This document shows positions 1-10,582 of a stretch of DNA of 64,000 bases, in pieces. The DNA is from Alkalispirochaeta sp. (lineage in GTDB: Bacteria > Spirochaetota > Spirochaetia > DSM-27196 > Alkalispirochaetaceae). The notes beneath the pieces are model-generated. The model did not search any database, was not told where the DNA came from, and saw nothing but the letters and a program-made list of their open reading frames with translations. A program made the translations under genes and the position numbers. The stretch is from positions 128,001 to 192,000 of the forward strand of contig CBDESZ010000004.1 of assembly GCA_965242725.1 (NCBI GenBank), in the 5' to 3' direction. Each line of letters opens with the position of its first letter. Position 1 is the stretch's first letter.

Positions 1-1142
1 AAGAGCTGACTCGCCAGATGAGGATGGTCGGGCCGTGTGCGACCTTCGCCGATACCGTCTTTCATCAATCGTGAGAGCGATGGGAGACCCGCGATTGGCG
101 GGTAGATTCCGCGGTTGTACATTTCCCGCTCAAAGACGATCTGTCCCTCCGTGATGTACCCGGTGAGATCCGGAATGGGATGGGAAATATCGTCGTTGGG
201 CATCGTCAGGATCGGGAGCTGAGTGATCGATCCGGCGGCCCCTTCCACCATGCCTGATCGTTCGTAGAGTTCCGCAAGGTCGGAGTAGAGATATCCCGGA
301 TATCCCTTCCGGGACGGTATCTCCCCGCGGAGCGTGGAGATTTCACGGAGGGCCTCACAGTAGTTGGTCATGTCGATCATGATTACCAGGACGTGCATTC
401 CGCAATCGTGGGCGAGGTGTTCCGCCAGGGTGAGGGCGGTACGAGGGGTCACCAGGCGCTCAATGGACGGCTCGTCTGCAAGGGAAAGAAAGAGGGCGGT
501 CTGGTCCTGTACCCCCGACTCTTCAAAGCTGCGGGTGAAGTAGTACGCCACGTCGGCTTTGACACCCATCGCCGCAAAGACGACGGCAAACTCCGATTTT
601 TCTCCCCGTATCCTGGCCTGCCGGGCGATTTGTGCAGCCAGTTGAAAGTGGGGGAGACCGTTGCCGGAAAAAATCGGCAGCTTCTGTCCCCGTATGAGGG
701 TATTCATCCCGTCGATTGCAGAAATTCCCGTCTGTATGAAGTCCCGGGGATAGCGGCGCGCCGTCGGGTTGATAGGCCGTCCGTTGATGTCGCGATACTC
801 ATCAGCCAGGGGCGGGACGCCGCCGTCAATGGGTTGTCCCAGGCCGTTGAAAACGCGGCCAAGCATGCGTTGCGTCACGCCGAGACTCAACGGTTCACCC
901 CGAAATCGGACGCGCGTTTCAGGTACGGTGAGTCCGACGGTCCCTTCAAAGACCTGGGTTACGACGACCTCTTCCGACGTATCAAGAACCATCCCGAATC
1001 GAACCTCACCGGTCGGGGTGATCACTTCCGCAAGCTCCCGGTAGCCGACGGGGTGGGTGTTCCGTACAAAGACGAGGGGCCCCTCAATTTGTTCGACGCC
1101 GAGATACTCGCGCCCGGCGACGAGGGATTGCCGATCATGCAT
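1..1142 (-). CDS. atpB: A/V-type ATP synthase subunit B (3' end runs off the window)
   Basis: Absent from the ORF track. Manual translation from ATG at 1142 gives [26 protein letters not shown]...[25 protein letters not shown]...[22 protein letters not shown]...[30 protein letters not shown]. The start overlaps the subunit A stop (ATGCATGA). Confidence 0.97.
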   Translation of the reverse strand, partial: MHDRQSLVAGREYLGVEQIEGPLVFVRNTHPVGYRELAEVITPTGEVRFGMVLDTSEEVVVTQVFEGTVGLTVPETRVRFRGEPLSLGVTQRMLGRVFNGLGQPIDGGVPPLADEYRDINGRPINPTARRYPRDFIQTGISAIDGMNTLIRGQKLPIFSGNGLPHFQLAAQIARQARIRGEKSEFAVVFAAMGVKADVAYYFTRSFEESGVQDQTALFLSLADEPSIERLVTPRTALTLAEHLAHDCGMHVLVIMIDMTNYCEALREISTLRGEIPSRKGYPGYLYSDLAELYERSGMVEGAAGSITQLPILTMPNDDISHPIPDLTGYITEGQIVFEREMYNRGIYPPIAGLPSLSRLMKDGIGEGRTRPDHPHLASQL

Positions 1143-2913
1143 AGACTGACTCCAGTTTCTCTATCGAACGTTCGAGCCGCGCTTCAAGGCGCTCCACTTC
1201 GCCGAGCTGATCATTGGCGATGGAGAACTTCATGCGTGCGATGTCCGCGAGGACTTTCATCTTCCTCAGCTTCACCAGGGTGACGCCGCGCTTGATCGCC
1301 TCACTTCCACGGGTGTGGTAGGTGAGTACAAGGCGGAGCATGGCGACCTGCTTTTCGAGCGTCGAATAGCGGTCTACGTCGTCGAATGCGTTCTGTTGAA
1401 GAAAGGCGTTTTTAAAGAGGGTGCATACTTCGAGGACAAAGCGCTGGCTGTCCGGGAGCGCGTCGGGGCCGACCAGTTTCACCACCTGCTGCAGCCGGAC
1501 TTCCCTGTTCAGCAGTCCTATAATCTCGCCGCGGTCGTGTTCCCACGTCTCCCCGCCGTTTTCCCGCCACCATCGGGCCATTTCGGGAAGGTATTCGGAG
1601 TAGCTCTCGAGCCACGAAATCGCGGGGTAATGCCGGGCATTTGCCAGTTGCCGGTCGAGGGCCCAGAACGCGCGCACAAAACGTTTTGTGTGCTGTGTAA
1701 CCGGTTCCGAGAAGTCGCCCCCAGGCGGCGATACGGCACCGATTATGGAGACCGAGCCGCGGCGACCGCAGAGCGTCTCCATGCTCCCCGCGCGTTCGTA
1801 AAACTCCGCGATCCGCGTCGGCAGGTAGGCGGGAAAACCCTCTTCCGCCGGCATCTCCTCCATCCGACCTGAAAGCTCACGCAGTGCTTCCGCCCAGCGA
1901 CTGGTGGAATCGGCCATGATCGCCACGTGGTACCCCTGATCGCGGTAGTATTCGGCCAGGGTAATTCCCGTGTAAATACTCGCCTCCCGTGCGGATACGG
2001 GCATATTTGAGGTGTTTGCGATGAGGATCGTCCGTTCCATGAGACTGAGTCCCGTCCGGGGATCGACCAGCGTTGGGAATTCGGTAAGCACGTCGGTCAT
2101 CTCGTTCCCGCGCTCGCCGCATCCGATGTAGACGATGATGTCTGCGTCGGACCATTTGGCGATGGCGTGCTGGGTCATCGTCTTCCCCGTACCGAATCCT
2201 CCCGGTATCGCGACGGTGCCGCCCTTCCCGATGGGAAAAAGCGTGTCAATGACGCGCTGCCCCGTGATGAGGGGCTCGTCCACGGGGAGTCGTTGCGCCA
2301 CCGGCCTGGGGCGGCGGATCGGCCAGTTCTGTTTCATAGTCAGAGTTCGCTTTTCGCCGTGCCCCGTGTTGATGACGGCGATCTCGTCGAGAACGGTGTA
2401 CGCTCCCTCGCCGCTGATGCGGATAAGTTCTCCCGACAGGTCCGGCGGTACCAGAACGCGGTGCTCGATTCGTTCGCTCTCCCTCACCGTGCCGATGATC
2501 TGTCCGGCGGTTACCCGGGATCCCGTGGATAGGTCGGGGGCGGGAATGAAGTGCCACAAAGTATCCCGTTTCAGCGCACTCTCTTCGATACCCCGTTCTA
2601 TATAGACACCGCTCTTTTCTTTGATGCGCTCCAGGGGCCGCTGGATACCGTCATAGATGGTTCCCATCAGTCCCGGACCCAGCTCCACCGACAGGGGGTG
2701 ACCGCTGCCGAAGATCGGTTCTCCCGGACGCAATCCCGTCGTATCCTCATACACTTGGATCACCGCGCGCCGGCCCTGCAGCTTGACCACTTCGCCCACG
2801 AGGCGTGCCTCTCCGACATGGACCAGCTCCATCATCATCGCATTGCGTACACCCTGGGCTTCCACGACGGGACCATTGATACGTAAGGTTGTACCGACTA
2901 TCCGGTCACCCAT
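1135..2913 (-). CDS. atpA: A/V-type ATP synthase catalytic subunit A
   Basis: P-loop [43 protein letters not shown]; 592 aa. Confidence 0.98.
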   Translation of the reverse strand: MGDRIVGTTLRINGPVVEAQGVRNAMMMELVHVGEARLVGEVVKLQGRRAVIQVYEDTTGLRPGEPIFGSGHPLSVELGPGLMGTIYDGIQRPLERIKEKSGVYIERGIEESALKRDTLWHFIPAPDLSTGSRVTAGQIIGTVRESERIEHRVLVPPDLSGELIRISGEGAYTVLDEIAVINTGHGEKRTLTMKQNWPIRRPRPVAQRLPVDEPLITGQRVIDTLFPIGKGGTVAIPGGFGTGKTMTQHAIAKWSDADIIVYIGCGERGNEMTDVLTEFPTLVDPRTGLSLMERTILIANTSNMPVSAREASIYTGITLAEYYRDQGYHVAIMADSTSRWAEALRELSGRMEEMPAEEGFPAYLPTRIAEFYERAGSMETLCGRRGSVSIIGAVSPPGGDFSEPVTQHTKRFVRAFWALDRQLANARHYPAISWLESYSEYLPEMARWWRENGGETWEHDRGEIIGLLNREVRLQQVVKLVGPDALPDSQRFVLEVCTLFKNAFLQQNAFDDVDRYSTLEKQVAMLRLVLTYHTRGSEAIKRGVTLVKLRKMKVLADIARMKFSIANDQLGEVERLEARLERSIEKLESVYA

Positions 2914-3551
2914 TCCTCACTCCTGACAAAAAGGTTCTCCATGATGATGCGTTGGATTTCCCGCTCGTATCGGCGCAGGCGGTCATCGAGGGTGTTGCTG
3001 AAACCCCTTCTTCCGGAGGCGTTGCGTGCAACGACACCTGTTGCACCCGCCGGCAATGTGGTATCGGCGATCGTGATCTCCGGCGGCGAACCCTCGCAGT
3101 GGCGGGACACAAGGGACCGCAGTTGGTCGATTTGTTCCATCAGAAAGGTCCGGTCCTCTCCGGCTACCGAGAGGGTAATTGGTTCTTCCGTGCCGACACC
3201 TACGATCGCTTCCGTCGTCCAGTTGAGAAGCATGCGATGATACGCCGCCGGTTCACTTTCGCGCATCGTGGTGATATGGTCACGAACACGCCCTTCCACT
3301 TCCCTGATCGCCCTCTTCTGGACGTCAAAGGTTATTCTATCGCGGGCACGCTGCAGCAATCGTTCATTGCGGGCGTTGATCTCACGTTGCTGCTCTTCAA
3401 TTCGCACCTCCCCATCCGCCGCTACTTGTCGCTCCCGCTCCAGGAGGGATTGCTCCCGGGAATGCAGTGTTTTTTCGGACTCCGAGAGCATCGCGTCGGC
3501 TTTCCGCTGTGCCTCTTCAAGAATGTCCGTAACGATCTTTGTCCGGCTCAT
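2898..3551 (-). CDS. A/V-type ATP synthase subunit E
   Basis: Coiled-coil N-terminus (ILEEAQRKAD), C-terminal GVV...NTLDDRL, position between F and A. Confidence 0.85.
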   Translation of the reverse strand: MSRTKIVTDILEEAQRKADAMLSESEKTLHSREQSLLERERQVAADGEVRIEEQQREINARNERLLQRARDRITFDVQKRAIREVEGRVRDHITTMRESEPAAYHRMLLNWTTEAIVGVGTEEPITLSVAGEDRTFLMEQIDQLRSLVSRHCEGSPPEITIADTTLPAGATGVVARNASGRRGFSNTLDDRLRRYEREIQRIIMENLFVRSEEWVTG

Positions 3552-3569
3552 GCCGATAACACTCCTGTC

Positions 3570-3875
3570 CTATAGATTGATGCCTATCGCGTGGTTTACA
3601 AGCGCGCGCATCTCCGGTCGATTCGGATCGGGGCCGTGGCGGTCGGGGATTTCAACGATCAGGGGAAAATCCTCGGTAAAGAGGTATCGATCAACCCGGG
3701 TCCGGATCATGCGTGCCGCGACCTCGGTGATGATGATGATTCCTACTTCCTTGTCGCCGAGGGCTCGCTCAAATGCGGCTGACGCCTCTGCGGCGGAGGT
3801 GACCGTCATTCCGTCAACCCCGACGAGACCGAATCCGAGGACGGTGTCCTGATCGCCGATCACATGGTATTTCAA
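3570..3875 (-). CDS. A/V-type ATP synthase subunit F
   Basis: VIGDQDTVLGFGLVGV, PLIVEIPD, HAIGI; TTG start overlapping the K stop. Confidence 0.93.
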   Translation of the reverse strand: MKYHVIGDQDTVLGFGLVGVDGMTVTSAAEASAAFERALGDKEVGIIIITEVAARMIRTRVDRYLFTEDFPLIVEIPDRHGPDPNRPEMRALVNHAIGINL

Positions 3876-4234
3876 ATTCGACCCAGGATTATAAGGGCGG
3901 TGATAAACCCGAATACGACGAGACCTTCCGCCAGGGCGATAAAGATAAGTGCCTGTCCGGCGACCTCCGGTTTCTCGCTGATCGCCCCCATCGCCGCCGC
4001 CCCGACATGGGCAATTCCGATCCCGGCCCCTATGGCACCGAAACCGAAGGCAATTGCCGCAGCGATAAAACCGAATTTTGCCACCTCTCCCTGTACCGGG
4101 GAAGTTATCGCCCTGCTTTGCTCCTGGGCGACAACGTTAACCACCGGAATTACCCCGAGGATCACGATGAACGCCGCGGTAAAGACAAGAGATATGACAA
4201 CTCGCCGGTGAAAGTCGGTTTTTTGATTCTTCAT
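3872..4234 (-). CDS. A/V-type ATP synthase proteolipid subunit K/c with N-terminal extension
   Basis: Gly/Ala-rich helix GFGAIGAGIGIA, loop EKPE, carboxylate in LAEGLVVFG. Confidence 0.93.
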   Translation of the reverse strand: MKNQKTDFHRRVVISLVFTAAFIVILGVIPVVNVVAQEQSRAITSPVQGEVAKFGFIAAAIAFGFGAIGAGIGIAHVGAAAMGAISEKPEVAGQALIFIALAEGLVVFGFITALIILGRI

Positions 4235-6255
4235 GAGACCTCCAAAGTGATTGGTTTATAGGCTACCCCGGAAGGCTGGAAATGCTTTGAAAAGAACTCG
4301 TAGTAATTGAGCCGGAGCGATTGTATTCCCGCGGATAGTCCTTCAAGGACGATGACGAGAATGTTCCCGGCAATAAGTATTATCGCGGCAACGGCGTTGA
4401 AACCCTCGGGGGACGCCATTTCGGCGATCTGGAAAAAGGCGATCATCAGGGTGACATGGGCGATCCCGAGTCCGGCAACCCGCATAAAGCTGAGGGTATT
4501 TGCAAGATATCCGGTAAATACCTCGAGGAGACTGATGATCCACTCCATGAGCCACCACGCGGGGTTGCGAGAGCGGCCTTCGAGAGGAGTCTTCAGGAAG
4601 AGGAGCACCGCCGGTATGACGATCGCTCCAATCGCGAGAGGGTTGGTCGGCACGCTGCGAAACCCGGAGGAGGCGAATGAAAAGGCAAGGACGATCCCGC
4701 CGGCATAGATGGTGCCGCCGAGAACTCCCGATTTGTCGAAAATAAGATCGAACCAGCGTCGCTGTCTCGTCAGGTTTGCCCAATTGATCAGAAGCCCGAG
4801 GGAAATAATAGCGATGCCGAAATAGATCGTAATCGTGAGAATGTCGAAGATGCTCGCCACCGGCCCGGCATCGACATGTCCCGCGACGACACCGTGGTAG
4901 TCAAACCATACCGCCGGCAGAGGTGAAAAGCCGAAATAGGAACCAAAGAGGATTCCCGCGATCACCGCCGCACCGCCGCACCACATAAAGAGTCTCCCAA
5001 GCAGGGGAAGTGCGGCGGCGATGGCGCCGTCGCCTTTGCCCGGTCGCCGGTGGAGCCACAGACGAATGGCAAGGCCGGCGGCGATCAGGACGGCCCCGTG
5101 GCCGGCATCGCCGAACATCAGCCCGAACATCGTCAGGTACGCGACCGCCACCAGTGGCGTCGGATCGATCGTGCCATAGGCGGGTGTGCCGAAGTTGGTC
5201 ACCAGCGTCTGGAACGTTCCCAGAAAGGAGGGGTTTTTCAACCGGCTGGGAATGGTGACGGCATCTTCGCCGGACAGTCTGTACTCCCGGTCCCGGTGCC
5301 ATTCAAGGTATAAATGGCCGTCGGTCGAGGCGGTGAGCGCCTCTTCCACGCGGGTTTGTTCATTTGCAGGCAACCACCCCGAAATGATCACCACCCGCCG
5401 GGTGTGGGCAAAACTATCGCCCAGCGTTTCCATCAGTTCCTCAATGCGCATCGCCCGCCACGCGTCTTCCAGACGGGAGCGTTCTTCCGTGACGATTCCG
5501 GGAATAGACTGTGCATAGTCCAGTTGCTTTTGCCGCAGAAGGGAGAGTTTCTCCTCCAGGGTAGCCCGCGTTTCGGTACCGATGTCGGGGGAGAGTGTTT
5601 CCTCGGTGAAGCCGTGTTCTCCGAGGAGGGCCGCAATCTCGGTATCGTTTCGTTTCATACCCGCCAGGATGAAGAGTATCCGTTCGCCCCGGTCCGCCAG
5701 GGGGGTAAATACCGCGGGAAAGAACGTCAGCTTCTGCTCGAAGGATTCCCGCCGGTCGGCAGGGATCGTTCCGGTGCGAACGGTAAGAAAGGTTCCGCCG
5801 CCGCCGATACGCGCCGCGTCGCGGACGGCCCGACCGCCGGAAAGGGGCAAGTGACGTTGAACGTCCTCAAGTCGATGGATCTGTTGTTGTGCCGCCCGTT
5901 GCTGTTCCCGAACCTCGTCGATACGGGCGCCGATCATGTCGGCGATCCTGGTCGTTTCCGTCGCTGTGGGAGAAGCAGTGTCGCGGAGATTTTCCGCGGC
6001 TATGGAAGGTCGGCCATAGCCGCCATAGCTCAGGATAGTCTCGATGCGACGACGTATTTCTCCCTTTTTCCCGGGTGCCGCCTCCTGGTCCGTCGGGAGG
6101 AACAGTTCATTTCGTCGTGCCCGTATGTCCGGGTCGACGGTGGCCAGGTCGACCAGGTGCAACAGCCCGAGTTTCAGCAATGCCTCCGACGCCGCCCTTG
6201 TATAATCGCGGAAAATTACCGCCGTCAAGTGGACCATCGCCGATGTGAAGATCAT
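4231..6255 (-). CDS. A/V-type ATP synthase subunit I (a)
   Basis: IDPTP, FGLMFGDAGHG, NTLSFMRVAGLGIAH, IQSLRLNYYEFFSK. Confidence 0.96.
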   Translation of the reverse strand: MIFTSAMVHLTAVIFRDYTRAASEALLKLGLLHLVDLATVDPDIRARRNELFLPTDQEAAPGKKGEIRRRIETILSYGGYGRPSIAAENLRDTASPTATETTRIADMIGARIDEVREQQRAAQQQIHRLEDVQRHLPLSGGRAVRDAARIGGGGTFLTVRTGTIPADRRESFEQKLTFFPAVFTPLADRGERILFILAGMKRNDTEIAALLGEHGFTEETLSPDIGTETRATLEEKLSLLRQKQLDYAQSIPGIVTEERSRLEDAWRAMRIEELMETLGDSFAHTRRVVIISGWLPANEQTRVEEALTASTDGHLYLEWHRDREYRLSGEDAVTIPSRLKNPSFLGTFQTLVTNFGTPAYGTIDPTPLVAVAYLTMFGLMFGDAGHGAVLIAAGLAIRLWLHRRPGKGDGAIAAALPLLGRLFMWCGGAAVIAGILFGSYFGFSPLPAVWFDYHGVVAGHVDAGPVASIFDILTITIYFGIAIISLGLLINWANLTRQRRWFDLIFDKSGVLGGTIYAGGIVLAFSFASSGFRSVPTNPLAIGAIVIPAVLLFLKTPLEGRSRNPAWWLMEWIISLLEVFTGYLANTLSFMRVAGLGIAHVTLMIAFFQIAEMASPEGFNAVAAIILIAGNILVIVLEGLSAGIQSLRLNYYEFFSKHFQPSGVAYKPITLEVS

Positions 6256-7331
6256 AGCAGCGCTTCCACCCGTGACGGGGAAAGGTCGTAGTACTTGCCG
6301 TTTAGGACCGTAACCAGTCCGTTTGCCTCCTGTTGTACGAGGGCGACGTAGGCGAGGACGACACCGATGGTGAAGGGGTAACCGCCGAGGGCACGACGGC
6401 TTTCATATTGAAGCAACTGATTCAACAGTGTTTCGATGAAGGCGAGCATTCTCATCTCTCCTCCGTGGTCGCGATCGTCCTCCCTTGTGGTGATGCCATT
6501 GCCGATCCTCTTGCCGAGATAGTCGGCGAGATACTCGGCGGGGCGGGAGGCTGACATGGCGGCAGAGAGCATACGCGCATCGGTGAGGGTGCCGTCGGGA
6601 ATAAGTTCCACTTCCGTGGCGCTTCCCCGAAGGTCCTTGATCCGGACAATCCAGTTTACGTTGATCACGTCGATCTCTATTCCGATAAGGCGGTCGGCAA
6701 TGAGCCGGTCGCGGCGGGACAACTCCGCGGTGGCGGCGGCAAGATCGGCGTAGTACCAGCGGTCAAGGGCGATTTCCAGAGGGAATAGCGACTCCCTTTC
6801 GATGACTTTCGGGAGCGATTCAGAAACAATCCGCCCGTATGGACGATCCTTGAATATGGTCTGCAGATTTTCTTCATCGGCGTTGACGACCTTCTCAAGA
6901 AGCTGCGGATCTCCCTGGGGAGGAACCGAGCGGAGGAGGTACGGAAGTTTATCCTCTACCGAACGTTGTCGTTTCACCCGTTCAAACCACAGTCGCAACG
7001 CATTTTTTATTGTCCCGATTTCGTAGCGCATCAGGAGTGTCGCCACAAACGCGGCGACAACTCGGTCGGAAAACTGGACCGCATGGTGGTAAATCTCGCT
7101 GAACGAGGCGTAGTGAATGCGGGTGATTTCCAGTTCCGTCAACAGAAGGTCTCCGCTCGTCTCGTAGATATGCGCCGCCGATTTGTAGCGCGTCCCGCCG
7201 AGAGACCGAACCGTTTCCTCCAGTGACCGGGCCTGGGCCATTTGAATCATGAGCTCCCGCGGAATCAGCGTGCTTATCCGTGCGCGAAGTTTGGCGTTGA
7301 TAAATGCGTATCCGGAAACGGCGCTCTTCAT
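6252..7331 (-). CDS. A/V-type ATP synthase subunit C (d)
   Basis: YAFINAKLRARISTL, LEIALDRWYY, EIDVINVNWIVR; operon position. Confidence 0.9.
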   Translation of the reverse strand: MKSAVSGYAFINAKLRARISTLIPRELMIQMAQARSLEETVRSLGGTRYKSAAHIYETSGDLLLTELEITRIHYASFSEIYHHAVQFSDRVVAAFVATLLMRYEIGTIKNALRLWFERVKRQRSVEDKLPYLLRSVPPQGDPQLLEKVVNADEENLQTIFKDRPYGRIVSESLPKVIERESLFPLEIALDRWYYADLAAATAELSRRDRLIADRLIGIEIDVINVNWIVRIKDLRGSATEVELIPDGTLTDARMLSAAMSASRPAEYLADYLGKRIGNGITTREDDRDHGGEMRMLAFIETLLNQLLQYESRRALGGYPFTIGVVLAYVALVQQEANGLVTVLNGKYYDLSPSRVEALL

Positions 7332-7334
7332 CGT

Positions 7335-7655
7335 CTATTCGATGGCGGTCTGCGTGACCACGGTAAGAACAGATTCAACGGTATCATTGATCTCTATTTC
7401 ATGGGAGTCGAGAAATGATTCCATTGCAGAGCGCGCCGTCGTAAGCCGATCCTCATAACGTTGTTCTGCTTCGAGTCGAATCTGCGCGACCCGTTCTCGC
7501 ACATGAGCGTCGGTGGTACTCTTTGCTGCCTGTAGCCTGCGTCGCTCATCGGCATCAAACCTTGTCTGGGCAATGGCGACAGCATCCCGGGCTTCAGCAA
7601 TGATAGCTTCCGCCTTCTTTTCCGCTTCCAGGACCTCTTGGATCACTTCAAGCAC
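7335..7655 (-). CDS. A/V-type ATP synthase subunit G/H
   Basis: 106 aa coiled coil (EAEKKAEAIIAEAR), first gene of the operon, GAGGAG upstream of the GTG. Confidence 0.8.
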   Translation of the reverse strand: MLEVIQEVLEAEKKAEAIIAEARDAVAIAQTRFDADERRRLQAAKSTTDAHVRERVAQIRLEAEQRYEDRLTTARSAMESFLDSHEIEINDTVESVLTVVTQTAIE

Positions 7656-7796
7656 GGTGTGCTCCTCAAGTGAATTCTACTATATCGTTGGAGTAGTTGC
7701 ATATTATTCTGATCGGAAACCGATAGGGTGCCTGCAGGTCACGACGAGTTCTCGCGGGGTGTTGACCAAATTGGACATAAATGTTGCCCTAGAATC

Positions 7797-8294
7797 ATGA
7801 AGAATAGTAAACATCTCACACATCGTTTTCGAACAATTTTACGACTTACCATTGTTTTGGCTGGTCTGATTGTCATTTCGTTCCCGATTTTTGCTCAGAA
7901 TCAATCTGAAGCAGCCGAGGTTTCCGACCAGGAGCTTGAGAGTTTTGTCGCCGTCGTGGAAGAGTTGCAGGAAGTGCAGCGTGATCTGGCGGCGCAGTCA
8001 CAGGAATCGGTGGAATCCTCCGAAATGGGAGTTGAACGATTTCAGGAGCTCTTTCAGGCACGACAGTCCGGTACCGAACCGGCAACCGCCGCCACCGACG
8101 CCGAAAATGAAGAGTTTGACCAGCTTGTCGCCGAAATTCGGGAAATCCAGCAGGAGTTCAATGACGTGATGGTTCAAGCGGTTCAGGACGAGGGTCTTGC
8201 GGTTGAGCGATTCAATGAAATTGCCCAGGCGATTCGGCAGGACCAGAGTCTGCAGCAGCGTATCCAGGAAATTGCGGGCGGCGGCAACTCCTGA
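7797..8294 (+). CDS. Exported DUF4168-like protein
   Basis: Signal peptide ending IFA-Q; EVSDQELESF and GLAVERFNEIAQAIRQD repeats; start moved to ATG 7797. Confidence 0.75.
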   Translation: MKNSKHLTHRFRTILRLTIVLAGLIVISFPIFAQNQSEAAEVSDQELESFVAVVEELQEVQRDLAAQSQESVESSEMGVERFQELFQARQSGTEPATAATDAENEEFDQLVAEIREIQQEFNDVMVQAVQDEGLAVERFNEIAQAIRQDQSLQQRIQEIAGGGNS

Positions 8295-8390
8295 GAATCT
8301 GTACCGCCCACGCCTCGCTGATTATTTCACACCGCGGCGTATCCCCGCGTGCTCCCCGGCCGGGACGCTTTCCCCGCCAAACTCACCCGT

Positions 8391-9807
8391 CTACATCCAC
8401 TCCGCCTCGGCCTTGATCTCCGGCGGGTGGATGTTTGCCTCGATCTGTTCGTCGTCGATGATCGTGAGGAGCTTCCAGTGTCCAGCCCGGTAGCGGGCAA
8501 ATATGGATGCGCCCAGCACAACGACAAAGGTGATGAAGAAGCCCCAGATCGCCAGCGGGGGCAGGGCGAATACGCGGATGAGTAGAACCATCGTTATCGC
8601 CATGACCCAGTGCAGGCCGACGGAGATGTACATGACCCATCGCGTGTCTCCCGCCCCCCTGAGGGCGCCGGAAAAGACGAGCTGCGTGATGTCCGCCAGC
8701 GTGTATATCGCCGCCAGTCGGAGCATCGCCTTGGAGAGTTCCAGAAGCCGTTCTTCCCCCGGCGCGAGTCCCCCGGCAAAGGCACGGACCAGCATGCCCG
8801 CTCCACCGATAAAGAGGACCATCATGACGGCGGCGTAGGAGTAGCCGACCCTCAGGGCGAGCATCGTCGCCTCATGTGCCCCCTGGGGATTGCCCGCTCC
8901 CATTTGCTGTCCCACCATCGCCGTTACGGCCACGCTGAGACCGATCATCGGAATGAAGGCGACCATGTCATAGTTGAAGGTGATGGTTACCGCCGCTGCA
9001 ACATCGGGTCCCATGGAGTGAAAGAGCTGGACAAAGATGTTGAAGGCAAAGACGTTGAGAAAGAGCTCCACCCCTGCAGGTCCCCCGAACTTGAGGAGCC
9101 GACCGGGTCACTTCCTTTCTGAAGCGCCACGTCTCCCCAAAGGATGTGGCGTTATAGAACTCGTGGCGACGGTACACTGCAAAGAGGACGACCACGATTA
9201 AAAAACTTGAACAGATCGTTCCATAGGCGGCACCGCGAATTCCCAGGGCGGGAAACCCGAGCTTTCCAAAAATCAGGACGTAGTTGAGGGGGACATTTAC
9301 CACCATGCCCAGGAGATTGGCCAGCATCACCACCCTGGTTGAGCCGATGCCGAGAAAGAATCCCGCCAGCGCCTGCCTGAGGAGTACCAATACTGAGGCA
9401 CTCATGAGAATGGAAAAATATGGATACTCCAGATCGATCTGCGCCGGGGTGTGACCCGCCAAAGTAAAGGTTGACCCCACCAGGGGAATCAACGCGAACA
9501 GAAGCGGCGTAAAGAGCAGAGAGAGGTAAATTCCCTGGGTGACCACATGGACGCACCGTTCCTTACGTCCCGCGCCGTAGTACTGGGCGGTGAGGGCGTT
9601 GGTGTAGCCCACGATGCCGGCAAAGAACGAACTGAAGACAAAGGCGGAAAGCCCTCCGCTCATGGAGGCGGCGATGTGGACCTTTCCGAGCTGTGCGAGG
9701 AAGAGCCTGTCCACAAAAAGCATCACCGTCTCCGACGCCTGACTGAGGATCATGGGAAGGGCGAAACTGAGCAGCAGCTTTAGATTGGGTCGCTCCACAC
9801 TCTGCAT
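8391..9807 (-). pseudogene. MATE family efflux transporter split by one extra base near 9105
   Basis: N-half (FALPMILSQ, FVDRLFLAQLG, FGKLGFPALGIRGAA) and C-half (MVGQQMGAG, GALRGAGDTR) lie in different frames. Removing one base restores RKEVTGRLLKFGGPAGVEL. Confidence 0.88.
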
Positions 9808-9910
9808 GAAAGGGACTATAGCTCTTCTCGGGCGGGCGAGAACAGATAGCACAGTCCGCACCAGTTCAATGTATTTATGGAATTATAAAATCATGAATAA
9901 CTCAACAAAT

Positions 9911-10417
9911 TTAACAGTGCGGCCACCTCATCCCCTCTCCCCAAGCAACCCCCTCGATATCGAGTGCCCGCGTGTACATCCCCACTTCGCCGTCGGGGGT
10001 GCGGGGCCACTCCTCCCGGGGGCGATCGCGGTAGAGTTCGACGCCGTTTCCGTCGGGGTCGCGGAGGTAGAGTGCCTCGCTCACGCCGTGGTCGGCGGCG
10101 CCGTCGAGGGTGATGCCCGCGTCGACAAGTCTCCGCAGCGCGTCGGCAAGAGTTGCCCGGGTCGGGTAGAGAATCGCCAGGTGGTAGAGGCCCGTCGTTC
10201 CCGGGGCGGGCGGGGAGCCGCCGAGGCTCTCCCATGTGTTGAGACCGATGTGGTGGTGGTAGCCGCCGGCGGAGACAAAGGCCGCCTGCGTGCCGAAACG
10301 CTGCATCAGCGTGAAACCGAGGACGTCGCAGTAAAAGCGGAGCGCCCGGTCAAGATCGGCAACCTTGAGGTGGACGTGGCCTATGGATACGCCCGGTTCG
10401 ATGTTCTCTTTGCTCAT
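9911..10417 (-). CDS. VOC/glyoxalase family protein (CatE-like)
   Basis: GHVHLKVADL, AGGYHHHIGLNTW, DHGVSEALYLRDPDGNGVELY. Confidence 0.92.
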   Translation of the reverse strand: MSKENIEPGVSIGHVHLKVADLDRALRFYCDVLGFTLMQRFGTQAAFVSAGGYHHHIGLNTWESLGGSPPAPGTTGLYHLAILYPTRATLADALRRLVDAGITLDGAADHGVSEALYLRDPDGNGVELYRDRPREEWPRTPDGEVGMYTRALDIEGVAWGEGMRWPHC

Positions 10418-10504
10418 CCTGCCCCCTTACCGATAAATACCGATGAATACCGTCGTCCGGCAAATGTCGCGTCGATCAAAAAAGACAATTCTTAATTAAA
10501 AAAG

Positions 10505-10555
10505 TTGACAACCCATTCCGGCCCGTATACCGTATAGCGACTGCATATATATGCA
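10505..10555 (+). promoter_or_regulatory. sigma70-type promoter of codBA plus palindromic operator candidate
   Basis: TTGACA (10505-10510), 17 nt, TACCGT (10528-10533); perfect palindrome TGCATATATATGCA at 10542-10555. Confidence 0.65.
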
Positions 10556-10582
10556 TCAAATATCCATGAGGAGGTCCCGGTA

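Noticed and set aside
393..1283. 296-aa plus-strand ORF
   Set aside because: Antisense shadow of ATPase subunits B and A; no motifs.
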